A stretch of DNA of 63,695 nt, filler included, from Octopus bimaculoides (taxonomy: Eukaryota), in NCBI RefSeq assembly GCF_001194135.2. It is 7 parts of 7 records of this genome, joined end to end, with 100 filler letters (N's around TTAATTAATTAA, not from the genome) between each part and the next. Parts side by side here need not be neighbours in the genome. Positions count along the whole stretch, not along the records: positions 1 to 24,360 come from NC_068985.1; 6 more parts are not named here. One strand, written 5' to 3'. The notes below the pieces were generated by a model. The model was not told the DNA's origin and did no database searches. It saw only the letters and a list, made by a program, of their open reading frames with translations. Each line of letters opens with the position of its first letter. The first letter of the stretch is position 1. A program made the translations under genes and the position numbers. Of this stretch, positions 1-13,310 are shown in pieces.

Positions 1-619
1 CTGGAGTACCATGATCTTAGTTTAAGTACATAATAGTTAATATTACTAAGACTTATTTTTAGAAATACTGCTGGTATAAATCTGAAATTTGTAATAAATT
101 TTAGGTGGACTCTTTTACTGAATACTCAAAATAATGATTCCAGTAATGGTGCTTTTACATCAGTAGATTTAAGACTTATTGGAAAGTGGGTGGGATTAAA
201 AAAAAAAAAAGGGTATGATATTTGTACCTTTCTCAATGGTAGCTTAATGAGGCTGCTTTGAGAAATTCTAAACAAAGTATAGGAATGTTTTAATGTTTTG
301 AAAGGAGGGGGATTTCAGCACTTTATAGAATTTGCAGTGGGTGGGTATATATTTCAAGATTGAAACCACTGATTCAACCAGGTTATGCCGAACCATTGAC
401 AAATGTTCACAAAATACTGACTGATTTCCTGAGATTATAAAAAAGAAAAAAACTTGCTGAAAGCAAAAAAAAAATATGAAATAAAGTCTTTAAAAAGCTT
501 CAACTATAGATGTATTTGAATTGTACAGAATGAGATTGGGATATCATTAGCTCTATCAACTTCCATAGTAATAGAAACTAAATTTTCACCTGCTTCATAT
601 AATGATTTCAGATTTTGGC

Positions 620-790
620 ATGGGGCCAGCAGTTTTTGAGGAGAGGGGGTTAGTCGATTACATTGAGCCCTGGTACTTATTCTATCAACCTCAAAAGGAT
701 GTAAGTCAAAGTTGACCTCAGCAGAATTTGAACTCAGAATATAAAGACAGACAAAATGCTGTTAAGCATTTTGCCAGTTCACCTCCTAAC
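620..790 (-). mobile_element. SINE family B, decayed copy
   Basis: Matches the intact copies (gaatttgaactcagaa...aagcattttgcc) with many substitutions. Confidence 0.7.
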
Positions 791-3700
791 TTTAGAAGAA
801 TATCTTAAAGTATCAATTATCTTCTCCATGAAGTATCCTACGCAGCAAATAAGAAAATTTCAAATTCTACAATATAAAGGAACTTAACTATTCCCGAGAT
901 TTCAATTGTGTTGGTATCTTTGTCAACTCTGCAAACATACTAGAGTTTGTTTTTAATTTGAAAGAAACAAAGGTTTTAATTTTTTTTTAACAAGAGAATT
1001 GAACCAGAATATCCAATTAAAAGGAACTGGTAAACTATATTTTAGGTTAAATGAAATTTGATTATTAGACAATTCAGCCTTATTTTTAATTACTCTTAGC
1101 AAATTATGAAGGTGCAGTTGCAAGATCATGGTTTTCATACTTAGACCATTTCACATGACTCAAGCTCACTCAGCTGTAAATGAGTAACTCCACAATGGAC
1201 TAGTTTATTAAAGGGGGAATGTTGTGATCTTGGACACTCATACACCTTGGTAACCAACCCTCTGAGGACCAGAGACAGTATTTCATTAATTACTGGCAAT
1301 TTAGAATTTGATTTTATCTTAGTGATAAATCTTTTCTCAACATTTTCCTAATTTTGCTTTTCATTGGGTGGACTTGACCAAAGCATATTTACATCTGTTA
1401 ATGTTACAGATGTACAGTTTAGGATATATCAGCTGAAAATTACTTAATTTCTAAAAGAAAATTCTATCTTTCTACACCAACAGATATAAACTGTTTTACT
1501 TTACACAAATTGCAGTGCGGCTACACTTCATTAAGGATGTTAAAACAAATGAAGAAACCTATCTGGCATCATTCCTCATGCTTCAAAAAGAAATGATAAT
1601 ATTAATCAACTTTTTTTTTTGCTACATTATACTTGTTTTAGTTTGTTTTTTTTTTTAATGATCTGTATATCTGTTAAATGTGCCAATACCCACTTACCTA
1701 GCATTTGTATGGTGGAAAAGGAGACTACGGCAGTTCAAAGATGATGAAGTTAACAAAAAGTACTATCAAACTTCCAGTTCTCCAGCTTTGCATAAAAAGT
1801 TGTTATTGTGGAAACTTACCAAGGAGTGCATACAAGGATGAGGTTTCTTAGTAGTAATACAAACTATTTTACTTTGGCAATGCAGTAATGACATAAAGGA
1901 AAATGGTCTGGAAGTAGGAAAAATATAATGCATGTTAAGTTGGGAAGGGAAATATTTATGTTAATGAGAGTGAAAAATTATGGAGAAATAAAATGTGACA
2001 GTTTGTTTTACAGCCACAAAATTTAATTTCATTGATTTTCGAGACAATTTGGGGGGGGGGGGAATGGGGCTGTAAAATATATGTTGTTGAATTAGAGAGA
2101 CTACCAACAGACAACCTTAGTGTAAGACCGACATTGTTACTAAGCAATAGAATGACCATATAAACCAAGAGCAAGCTTCTTACAGAGGATGGCCAGAATC
2201 GATGTTAGAGAACTGTTGATAAAGAAAATATGGCAGTGAGAATTCACAACACAGATTGAAATCAAGAGAAACAGATTAGTCCAACCAGCTACTCTTTAGT
2301 CCAGACAATTCCCCAAAACATTCTGCATTTAAAAAAAAAAAAAAAATCTTGATTGTCTGTCCTCCCATTGAAAGCATCTGTTTTTTTTTTTGTAAGTTTT
2401 TCCAGTTCTCATGTCAATGTAAATGAGATCATTCATGTCGTTATATCAGTAAGCATGAACAGAAACAAGTGTAGGGTTCAATTTAACTTTTTGTGCAACC
2501 TCAGTAATAAAACTTCCCCTTCTCTGTGCATGTTTTAATGTTAATTTATTGAACTGCCATTATGAACAATATGAAAATATTTCTTCAACTCAGTACTAAA
2601 CCATTTTCAGAGTGGGATGGGACAACTAAATAAAACTTCATGAATAAATCAGTTGTGTATAAGTCACACTATTTTATACTTCAACTGAAAAGAACCGGGG
2701 TGTGGTTGTGCATGGGCCAAAGTTAAACTATGAAAGGAAAAAATTTTGTACCAAGATTAGGAGTGTAACTTATGAGTAAATATGGAATATTGACTTCAAA
2801 ATCAATGAAAGACAAAGTTAACTTCAACAGGACTGAAACAGAAATGTGAAGCACCAAATTAAATATGGTAATGTTCAAGACTAGAAATTATGCCAATATC
2901 TCTCTCTTTTTTTCTGCTCAAGAAACACGTAAGGTGATGAATTTTAATTCACTGAACATTTAAGAAATCAACCACTCTAATATCATAATAAAAATTGTCT
3001 AGTTCAGAAATATGCAATATAACCTCTTTGTAATTATCTTAGCTCAAAGAGTTTAAATAAGAAAAAAATTATTTCAATATTTAAAAAAAAACAAAGATAT
3101 TTTGTTACAAAATCTACAGCTCAATGAATTCTTCAATGATGATTTTGACAATTTTCTTTGCTATCTATTTGTCCATACATTTTTGTAATTGCTAACTCAC
3201 AAATGCTATTTTCTCTCATACAATATGAATAATTAGTTTGAAGCTGCAGAGCAACTTTTTGGAATGCTTAGAGTCAGGCTACAAACATACAATGATTATA
3301 TATGCTTACTATTAGGAAAAAAAAAAAAAACAATCTAAACCGAATAAATTTTTATTCAATTTTAAAAAGTACTAAACATTACAAAATGCAAATGTGCATA
3401 ATGTTTGTTTGGAAGAGAACAGTTATCTTTGAGATTTTCCATATTATTTATATTGTAATTTTACTTGGCATTCTGCAAGACAATTTAAATTATATGAAAA
3501 TTTGGTGTCACTAAGTTAAGGTTTGTAACCAATTAGTGTCAAAAATCATGTAGGTTAATAGCTGTTCAAGGCACTGCCAGTATTCCAGGACATTCTCAAG
3601 GTTTTTGTGCTTTTTAAAATAAAAGACCAAAAAGAAGATTGGTTGAATAAATTTCATAATTATTAGTTTGATGAAAGTGTGGTTTAAAAAAATAAAATAT

Positions 3701-6059
3701 ATATATATATATATATATAGCAGCTAAACCTATTTCAATCTGTGCAAAATAAATGTAACTACATCTATCCTCGTTTATCTCCATTCATCACTGATTTCAG
3801 ATGACATGGTACACTCAATTGCAAACCTTGTTACACATATTGTGAATTGATCTGTGATAATACAGGACAGAAATCAGTCAAAAATTGTGCTTGTTATAGC
3901 TTTCATTTTTTTTTTTTTTTTTTTTTTTTTACTGATCAGATATTAAATTTTATTCTGTTTTTCCAAACATGAAACAATTATTGTTATGCATGTTTAAAAC
4001 CTGGAGATGTTATTTGGCTAAGTTAGAAGGACAACTTGGGATCTCGGAATGAAATCCATTATTCAATATGTTTTACTATTCATCTATCACTGATTCATCT
4101 AACTTATTTTTTTTCTTTGGAACCAAACACCCGTAATAAATGAGGATACATGTATTCAAAATTGAAAGTCAGTTCAAATATAGCAAATAATTGTGTATTA
4201 AAATGTGTTGATATTTTTAGCTTTACAATAAAGAATTAAAGGTAACTTCACCATGTGATTAAAAGACATCTTCCTACTTGCCTTGCTTGACATGCCCAAA
4301 ACATTCTTTTACTCGGCACAATAGACAGATTCATGGGCAAACAGAATTCCTCCTTGATGCCCATCTATGAAATTTTAAAGTAAAGATATCTTTTTACCTT
4401 AAGAATATATAATGATACAATTGTCTAATCAAAGAGCTAATATAATTAAATAGAAGTAATTAGGAATATGGAAAAATAAGCATTCAGAAAGTTGTTTTGA
4501 TGTATGGGAATGAGTAAGTTATTAATTTTTTTTATCTCAGAGGTAGAAAATCAATAGAAAGTGGATAGATTAGTCATTGCCCCTCCCCACAAATGGAAAA
4601 GATTAATTTTCAGATATATTGAGCAAGAGAACAGATTTTAAAGTTCATCTTAAAATAATGTCATTTATACAAATTTTTTGATGTTACTGATGAATTAATA
4701 AACTAGACAAACCAATCAGAATATCCAGAGATTGAATCTGTGATGTTTTGTTACCTGATGAAGTTAAAGAAGCTATTTAGGTGATATTATTTAAAAAAAA
4801 GAATTTTTTCTTCTCATCTATCAGAAATATAGATATTCATAATGTGAGCAATTAATCTTTCAATAAATAAACCTAGGATGAATATAACACTCAAAGTGGA
4901 ATGCCTGAATCATAAAAACACTAAATACATGCCATCTGTAAAAAGAAAGACCTTTAATGAAATAAAAAATAATTTTGGAAAACGAGGAAAGAAAGAACAC
5001 AAAATACAAGGTTGTTTAGGAATATGTCTTCAAGTCTTTCCAAAGCTAAAAAAAAAAGATTGTAGTAACATGACCTAAAATGAAGGTATTAAAATAATAT
5101 CAAATACTTGAATCACTTAAAAAAAAATGTATTTTACAAAAGTAAAAAAAAATTACAAAAGAAAACTAAAAAAAAAAGAGCAACAGAATAAATTTCAATA
5201 TCTATATATGTAATATATTTCTTTTAATATGCCAATAACTACAGAAACTAAGATAACATTTTTTTTTTCATAGACATGACATACACCTCCCCCCACCCTT
5301 CCACAATATTTTGTCTGAAAAAATACATATGAAAATATAAAAATAAAAAAAACAAAAAGATAAAATACAGAAATGCCATTCAATATTGATAACAGAATCA
5401 AATAAGGGATAAGCATTGTCATGTAGTCTTCTTAAATTGCCAAGTAAACTTAGCCGTATCAAAGACCATCTCTCTCATTTTCTCTTTCTCTTATGATCAA
5501 TTCCTACGTGATATAGTTTTGGCAAAGAATTAGAACAAACATAGAGGTCAAAATTTGAAATGAATCTTTTTGTTTTATAGCGAAGATTAAATCCAATATG
5601 TGTCTCTTGTAAAAAAAAAAAAATAAGACTAGATGATATATATTTACAATTGTTTNNNNNNNNNNNNNNNNNNNNNNNNNNNNNNNNNNNNNNNNNNNNN
5701 NNNNNNNNNNNNNNNNNNNTATATATATTCGTTTGTTTGTTTTGGGGTTCGAATGTCAAAATGAAACCCAATTAATAATACATGCTGAATATTTATAATT
5801 AATAGATATAACTAACAACACTTTTACACAGACATGTCAAATAATGAGTTGAACTGAACCAAAACTTCACTTGTTGAAGGCAAAATGAAAGAGACACTTC
5901 ACTCTTTTAATATTCCACATTGAAAGAATAAGTTCTTATTGAATAGTTTGTTTTTGTTTTTTGTTTTTACTGAGACTCACTCTTAAATCAAATCACCATA
6001 TATTATTAGAATCCAGTTTGATTTAAATCATACTGAATAATAATAATTATTATTATTCT

Positions 6060-6490
6060 TTCTAATTTTTTGGCACAAGGCCAGTAATTTTGAGGGGATG
6101 GAAAAGTTGAATACATCGACACCAGTACTCAACCATTACATATTTTTATCAACCCCATAAGGACGAAAGGCAAGTCGACCTTGGCGGCATTTGAACTCAG
6201 AACATAAGGCTGGAAGAAATGCTGCTAAGCATTTTGCTTGTTCAGCATACTAACAATTCTACCAGCTCACCGCCCTCGTAATAATAATTTCTAAATCTGG
6301 CACAAGGCCATATACATTTGCAGGGGGAAGGAGTTTAGTTGAATGAATTGACTGACTTCACTGATACTTATTTTATTAACCCAGAAGGGTGAAAGGCAAA
6401 GTCAATTTTGATGGGATTGGAACTTGGAACATAACTATATACTGCAAGGCAATCTAATTCAGCACTAACATTTATGCCATCCACTGTCCT
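6060..6490 (-). mobile_element. Two adjacent decayed SINE family B copies
   Basis: ggcacaaggcc...gaaaggcaaagtc...tttgaactcagaac motif series occurs twice. Confidence 0.7.
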
Positions 6491-8594
6491 AACATGCAGG
6501 ACAATAATGGCAGTAAATTCATGAGGTGGTAATAAATACCAGTATTTTGTTGTTAATTTAGTATTAATGAGTTAATTCAGACCAAATGGGATTATTTTGA
6601 TAGTGATGGGAAACATTTTAGCAGTAACATCATCACAATTTATAAACAATCTACAGAATTCATTCCTCTAATGGGGACCACTTTGGCAACGTGCCCTCTA
6701 GTAGAATAGTTTTAAGTTAGCACCACTTGTTAATGTGGAACATTTAAATTTCTACAGAGTACCTTTTCCACTGTAACATATTTTTAGCAATACTTCCTGA
6801 ATGTAACATGCTACGAAAATATCTTCTCAAAGAAAGAACGAACACCTATAAATGTTAACATAATTGTATAAAGGCTAATTCCATAACATTACAATGTTTT
6901 TTTTTAAAAAACAATGGTGAAATTTTGCAATGAACACAAAGATTTAGATGTATTTCATTCAAAGAGAATCAAATCCATTCCATGAGTATTTTAAGGTACT
7001 AGAAAGTGGAGAGGAAAGGAGAAGCTTAAATCATTAAAAAAAGGACTGCTTGATGCCATCATTATCTAAAGTAGAATTTTGTGCTGACAAAGTTTCTTAA
7101 CACTAGTTTCCTATAATTATCCCTTTAGCATTTAAACTGGCCATATCCAGTCTTTCACACACACCCTACAATGTCATGCTAAAAGTAAACAATCACATCA
7201 TGGAAATCTCAAAGCAATGAGATAACGCATGATTAATTCAAAACTGTGAATAAATAAGTATTACATTTGACAGTAATCTGAATGCTAAAGGGTTGGACTG
7301 ATAATTGCTTAAGATTTCACTCCATTATAATCAACTTTGGACTAATTGGGATAAATCTTTTTGGCAGAATATCTTTAAGGAAAAGATGCAACAAAATAAA
7401 TATTTGGGGTTTTTTTTTCAATATAATTTATAATTGATTCTCAATTAAAAATAGTTATAAGCTTTTAACCGTTTGAAATTTCAGTGTATGCATTTATGGA
7501 TAGAATCATAAGGTCTCAGAACATTTTAGACACATGTAACATTAATGGTATAACATTTCCTCCTTTATCATCTCATCCCATTTAAAATCACATTTGCCGA
7601 CCAATAATTAAGATAAGTTCCAGTTTTGTTTTTAATTCAGAAGAAAATGGTTATTAAAGTTTGAAGTTGGGCCAAAAGATGAGCTTTAAATTATAATCAG
7701 CTATAAAATTAAAGTAAGCATTCAGTATTACTATTATGACTTCTTAAAATGGTAAATCAAGTACCGTCTTTCTGTATCTCCTAAAGAAATTTCATGTTTA
7801 AATGTCTTCAATGTTAAAAATTATTTTTTTTTGTTCTTTAATAATATTTTTAATACTCTTTTTTTTTTTATCTTTTGATATTGTTTCATTCAAGTTTTGC
7901 TTACATTTAAAAGAATTATTTTTCCATATGAATGTTTAGTAAACTATTATGTAAAGAATAAACATACACCAAATAAAAATATATTTGGATTGAAATTTGA
8001 GATGAGAAATGATTTCAAACACTGATGTAGAGAAGTAATGTACTTGGTGAAGATAGGCAAATTAATTGCAATTTTGGTATGTCTTTACATTTTTGCTCTT
8101 TTTTTTTCTTTTTCCTTTATGAACCTCAATATATATATATTTTTTTTTTTGTGGAAAAGAGAGACTATACAAATTCAGGTTTTTTTTTTTTTTGTTTTGT
8201 TTCGTTTTTTTTAATATGGCAATAGATAAACCCAACTGCAAAAATAAGCCAGGGAAAGTAAATGAAGTCAACAATACTTAGTCACAATATAACTTTTTGT
8301 TTCTTAAAGAAATAAGTTGTGAGGAGAAAAAGTTACACAATGAGACTTTTGTAGCAGTTTTAAAAATCCAATGATTAGGATTGACAAACTATATTGAGGC
8401 TATAGTTCTCTTTCAATTTTTTTCTTTTATATTGATATTACCCATTTGGTACCAGACAGATACCTCCAGGACATTTTTTCCACTGGTAAACCAACTTTAT
8501 ACACAAAATATTCACAGGAAGTGGTCATCTAGTGTAATAACAGGTCACTGTTACATTAGGCTAGACCAGTGGTAAAAGTCACTTTCAGGAGCAG

Positions 8595-8741
8595 TTACAA
8601 GTTGGAGTAAGTGTTTCCACGAGTTGGATAAGGAGCTTTCTCTTGAGTGCGAGCCATCTCGTACACTACATCATCAGGCTGCTGAGGTGGCGGTTTCCGC
8701 AGGTAACAAATAAGCAATACAATGAAAAGGAACCCAAATAG
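8595..8741 (-). CDS. Tetraspanin last coding exon, end of TM4 and cytoplasmic tail: LFGFLFIVLLICYLRKPPPQQPDDVVYEMARTQEKAPYPTRGNTYSNL*
   Basis: atttttCAG acceptor, in-frame hydrophobic continuation of TM4, then RK stop-transfer residues and TAA stop at 8597-8595. Confidence 0.9.
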   Translation of the reverse strand, partial: LFGFLFIVLLICYLRKPPPQQPDDVVYEMARTQEKAPYPTRGNTYSNL

Positions 8742-8911
8742 CTGAAAAATAATCAGACAATGAATAGATTTTTATTAAGTACAGACAAACACTGAGTAGA
8801 CTAAAACAGCTAAATTATGAAAATATTGTTTTGCTATCAAAGAAAAAAGATTAGAATTTATAGTTAGGTGCTAAAGTAATTGTCTATAACACAAACTATT
8901 TACTGTTTATT

Positions 8912-9134
8912 CTTATTTCTTTATTGCCCACAAGGGGCTAAACATAGAGGACAAACAAAGGGATTAAGTCGATTAGATCGACCCCAGTGCATAACTGGTA
9001 CTTATTTAATCGACCCTGAAAGGATGAAAGGCAAAGTAGACCTCGGCGGAATTTGAACTCAGAGCGTAGCAGCAGACAAAATACCGCTAAGCATTTCGCC
9101 CGGCGTGCTAACGTTTCTGCCAGCTCACCGCCTT
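8912..9134 (-). mobile_element. SINE family B (tRNA-derived head, central domain resembling Meta-SINEs), young full-length copy
   Basis: Minus strand GGCGGTGAGCTGGCAGAAACGTTAGC (A box region) and GAGTTCAAATTCC (B box), central ...TTTGCCTTTCATCCTTTCAGGGTCGATTAAATAAGTACC, tail ...GGGCAATAAAGAAATAAG. Confidence 0.88.
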
Positions 9135-9629
9135 AATGTTTATTCTAGTAAGTAATGTTTACTGTTTATTCTAGTAAGTAATCATTATAGCAAATGCAAT
9201 GAATGAAACAAGTTGAAAACTAAGAAAAACAAGAATATTGAATGAAGGTTAGCCATAANNNNNNNNNNGCATTTGTTCATGCTATTTCTTGTTGAAAACA
9301 TTCTTCAAATGTTTTGATTTATTTTATTTAAAAATAGAGGAAGCTTTTAAGAAAGTAAATACAATTGATCAACTTGACTCCAAGTACAAAACTTAGAAAA
9401 TTCTAGTCTGGTACTATTTTTTCAGTCATCACTTCTTTCTCGTTAACGCTGCATCGAAGAAGCCAGGGAACAGAAGAAAGAAGACATGCACTCAACACCA
9501 GAGCTGAAGATACCTCCGAAAGGGGGGGGGGGACGTCAAAACGGTAGAGGAGTAGGGGCCGAAACCGGACGCGGTTGTGGTAGCAGACCATGAAACATGG
9601 TTGAAATTCCTGATATAAATGGAGGGGCA

Positions 9630-9725
9630 GGCATGGTTGAATGGCTAAGTTCACCTCGGAACTATAGGGCTCAGGATCTGATCCTGCTGCATGGCACCTT
9701 GGGTGACTTCTACCAAGCACTTCAG
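9630..9725 (+). mobile_element. Decayed SINE family A head
   Basis: ggcatggttgaatggctaag...ctgcatggcaccttggg resembles the family A head and CORE-like start. Confidence 0.5.
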
Positions 9726-9831
9726 GAAGCTGAATATTTTGTTCAATAACAGTATGGTAACACATCAGATGCAAGGAATCAGTGAACATTGAATATAATG
9801 GGATAAATTTGAGGAAATTAATTGTATTTAC

Positions 9832-9915
9832 CTGTAATCCTAGAATAGCTACCACTATTCCAGTAATAAGGAGAAGACGTTTTTCGACAAGATTTACAAT
9901 TGCTCTGCCACAACC
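9832..9915 (-). CDS. Tetraspanin exon, end of EC2 and start of TM4: GCGRAIVNLVEKRLLLITGIVVAILGLQ
   Basis: Supplies the conserved GC before TM4. tctttgaAG acceptor and CAG|GTAAAT donor, 84 nt, phase 0-0. Confidence 0.92.
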
Positions 9916-10239
9916 CTTCAAAGATAAACAGAAAAAAAATATATTAAAATGCTGTAAAGTAAATGTCACATCTCCAGAGTAAATCTCAATGTTAAAATAT
10001 GAAATTAAGTCAGAAGGAAGTCTAGATTTTGGAATTTAAATTAAAATGCATAACAAATGATTTCTGGCCTCAAGAAGGAAATACTATATCTACCAGCACA
10101 CAAGACATTTTTTCTAAATGTACAATTGCTGTGTGTTTAATGCAGCTGTACGACAAATGGGAGACAGTATTGTAGGCTAACGAGCTGGATGAGCATAAGT
10201 CCACAAGACACCATCATTATAATTAATACTAAAATATTG

Positions 10240-10450
10240 GTTTCAAATCTTAGCACAAGGCCAGAAATTTCAGGGGAGGGAGTAGATCGATTACATCAAT
10301 ACCAGTGTTCAACTGATACTTATTTTATCGACCCTGAAAGAATGAAAGGTAAAGATGGCTCCAGAAGTATTTGAACACAGAACGTAAAGACAGACAAAAT
10401 ACCCCTAGGCATTTTGCTTGCCACACTAACAATTCAGCCAGCTCACTGCC
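10240..10450 (-). mobile_element. SINE family B, decayed copy
   Basis: agcacaaggccag...atcgaccctgaaagaatgaaagg...tttgaacacagaacg. Confidence 0.75.
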
Positions 10451-10654
10451 TTATTTTAATATTAAAGTATTGAAAAGACCACATTACCACACTAAGCACA
10501 AACTTAGGAAAAATTGCTTACAGTACCCTGGCAGTTATGTGGGAAGGTCACATCATCTTATACCTCCTCCTCCAGCATACATTACTCACACCTGATGCAA
10601 GTTTTAAATTATTCAATGACTGTGCTACCTGTAAGAAACAGCTTTCATTTCTTT

Positions 10655-10872
10655 CATTTGTTTCAGTCATTTGACTGTGGCCATGCTGGAGCACCGCCTT
10701 TAGTCGAACAAATCAACCTCAGGACTTATTCTTTGTAAGCCTAGTACTTATTCTATCAGTATCTTTATGCCGAACCGCTAGGTTACGGGGACGTAAACAC
10801 ACCAACATCGGTTGTCAAGCGATGCTGCGTTGATAAACACAGACACACAAACATACAAATATATATATATAT
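10655..10872 (-). mobile_element. SINE family A, 3' half (head lost in gap)
   Basis: tttcagtcatttgactgtggccatgctggagcaccgcc...ggttgtcaagcgatg...(TA)n, matching 28045-28505. Confidence 0.85.
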
Positions 10873-11536
10873 ANNNNNNNNNNNNNNNNNNNNNNNNNNN
10901 NNNNNNNNNNNNNNNNNNNNNNNNNNNNNNNNNNNNNNNNNNNNNNNNNNNNNNNNNNNNNNNNNNNNNNNNNNNNNNNNNNNNNNNNNNNNNNNNNNNN
11001 NNNNNNNNNNNNNNNNNNNNNNNNNNNNNNNNNNNNNNNNNNNNNNNNNNNNNNNNNNNNNNNNNNNNNNNNNNNNNNNNNNNNNNNNNNNNNNNNNNNN
11101 NNNNNNNNNNNNNNNNNNNNNNNNNNNNNNNNNNNNNNNNNNNNNNNNNNNNNNNNNNNNNNNNNNNNNNNNNNNNNNNNNNNNNNNNNNNNNNNNNNNN
11201 NNNNNNNNNNNNNNNNNNNNNNNNNNNNNNNNNNNNNNNNNNNNNNNNNNNNNNNNNNNNNNNNNNNNNNNNNNNNNNNNNNNNNNNNNNNNNNNNNNNN
11301 NNNNNNNNNNNNNNNNNNNNNNNNNNNNNNNNNNNNNNNNNNNNNNNNNNNNNNNNNNNNNNNNNNNNNNNNNNNNNNNNNNNNNNNNNNNNNNNNNNNN
11401 NNNNNNNNNNNNNNNNNNNNNNNNNNNNNNNNNNNNNNNNNNNNNNNNNNNNNNNNNNNNNNNNNNNNNNNNNNNNNNNNNNNNNNNNNNNNNNNNNNNN
11501 NNNNNNNNNNNNNNNNNNNNNNNNNNNNNNNNNNNN

Positions 11537-11537
<1 letters not shown>

Positions 11538-11573
<36 letters not shown>

Positions 11574-11780
11574 TTGTGTGTTTGTCCCCCCAACATCGCT
11601 TGACAACCGATGCTGGTGTGTTTACGTCCCTGTAACTTAGCGGTTTGGCAAGAGAGACCGATAGAATAAGTACTAGGCTTACAAAGAATAAGTCCTGGGG
11701 TCGATTTGCTCGACTAAAGGCAGTGCTCCAGCATGGTCGCAGTCAAATGACTGAAACAAGTAAAAGAGTAAAAGAGTACT
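11538..11780 (+). mobile_element. SINE family A, 3' half, inverted relative to 10655-10872
   Basis: Reverse complement of the left copy: catcgcttgacaaccga...cagtcaaatgactgaaacaagtaaaagagtaaaagag. Confidence 0.85.
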
Positions 11781-13099
11781 CCAATAATGTAGTTTATGAT
11801 ACATTTATGGTTCCATTCTTTATTCCAATACACTGGTGCAAAATTGGATTTATTGCACAGTCATGCAATAAGAATCATAAGAGTATCATGTGACATACTA
11901 AATTTGTTCATTTTTTCCCCCAGAAAATAGTTGCAAAATAGGAGTGCACCTCAGCTGGAAATGTGTCTTATGCATTAGCAAATACAGTATGTGAGGTCTG
12001 ATGATACAAGCTGGCTACAAAAATTGGATATTCTAGAATAAATCAGCTGTTATAGAATCTCTACCAGAAAATAGTAAAAAGTTTGAAAGGGCAACAATAA
12101 CCAGTTGATGCCATATACAATAATTTATATAACACTGTGATATTTAACAGTTAAGAGCAATAGGAAAAGATAGGCAACAAATATTCTGATAAAATTTGAT
12201 GTAGTCTGCAACCATATAAGTAAAATAAATCAAGTGGGTGTTGGTGTACTCAATGACATATGTAATAAATTCTAAATGAATTAAAATTTTCTTAGCTGGA
12301 TAAAGAAAATACTGCATATGCTGGTGTAAAAGATGTGCTATTTTTATTTTTAAATGTAACAAAAAATAAAAAAATAAAAAAATTGCCATGCATCTACTGG
12401 AGCCATTTTGCACATGGGATATCATATGTATGACGACAATTTTTTCCACAAAAAATGTAGGGATTTGTTTTATTCAAATGTGTATTTTATACACCAGCAA
12501 ATACAGTAAAAATCTAGCAGCAATCATTAGTAACTCTCAAAAGGGGAGATGATTTCAAGAAATTGATTAAAAAAAACTAAATTTTCATACTTAAGGGAAA
12601 ATCTATTTTCATTATGACATCAATGAACATGTTTCAGTATTACTGAACCTTGTCAATGCAGCATTTAACTAACCTACTTATATGCAGGGTGAAAATATTT
12701 ATAAATGCTATATATTCAGAGTCAACACTATCAAGCAATATCATATTTATTTGCTTTTTCTTTAAACACTGGCAATTTGGAAAAAAAAGTGTAGCGATAG
12801 ACATGCCTTCCACACTTCATGAAGGCAATACAATGGCTGAAAACCAAGTCGCTACAAGCAAAGTAAGTTCAATGAAATGTAGAACAATTCTGAATGTAGG
12901 TTTTAATGGTCATGTAGATGAATTAGAAGATGCTGAGGCTATAATCATCATCATTTAATATCAGATTTCCATGCAGGCATGGGTTGGACTGCTTAACAAA
13001 AGCTGGCAAGCCAGATGACAGTGCCAAGCTCCAATGTCTATTCTGGCATGGTTTCCTTGGCTGGGTGCACCCACCTTATTTTATTAGTATTATTACTAG

Positions 13100-13310
13100 T
13101 AAGGGGGCAAGCTGGCAGAATCGTTAGCATACCGGGCGAAATGCCTAACAGTATTTCATCTGCCGCTGTGTTCTGAGTTCAACTTTGCCTTTCATCCTTT
13201 CGGGGTCAATAAATTAAGTACCAGTGAAACACTGGGATCGATGTAATCAACTAGTCCCCTTCCCCACAAATTTGAGGCCTTGGGCCTCCAAGTGGAAAGG
13301 ACTATTATTA
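13100..13310 (+). mobile_element. SINE family B
   Basis: ggcaagctggcagaatcgttagcataccgggcgaaatg...ctttgcctttcatcctttcggggtcaataaattaagtacc. Confidence 0.85.

Noticed and set aside
1480-1910. Exon-like stretches (plus-strand FVWWKRRLRQFKDDEV...; minus-strand AG/GTAAGT pair at 1907-1820)
   Set aside because: No consistent splice chain or recognisable domain; the two strands give mutually competing weak signals.
9503-9545. CTGAAGA...GAAA hammerhead-like words; similar cases at 21150-21212 and 43750-43785
   Set aside because: Stem II and/or stem I cannot pair.
10778-11606. Long ORFs in the ORF track spanning X runs, and YI, HT, CV, poly-L/K/E ORFs throughout
   Set aside because: Products of N gaps and microsatellites.
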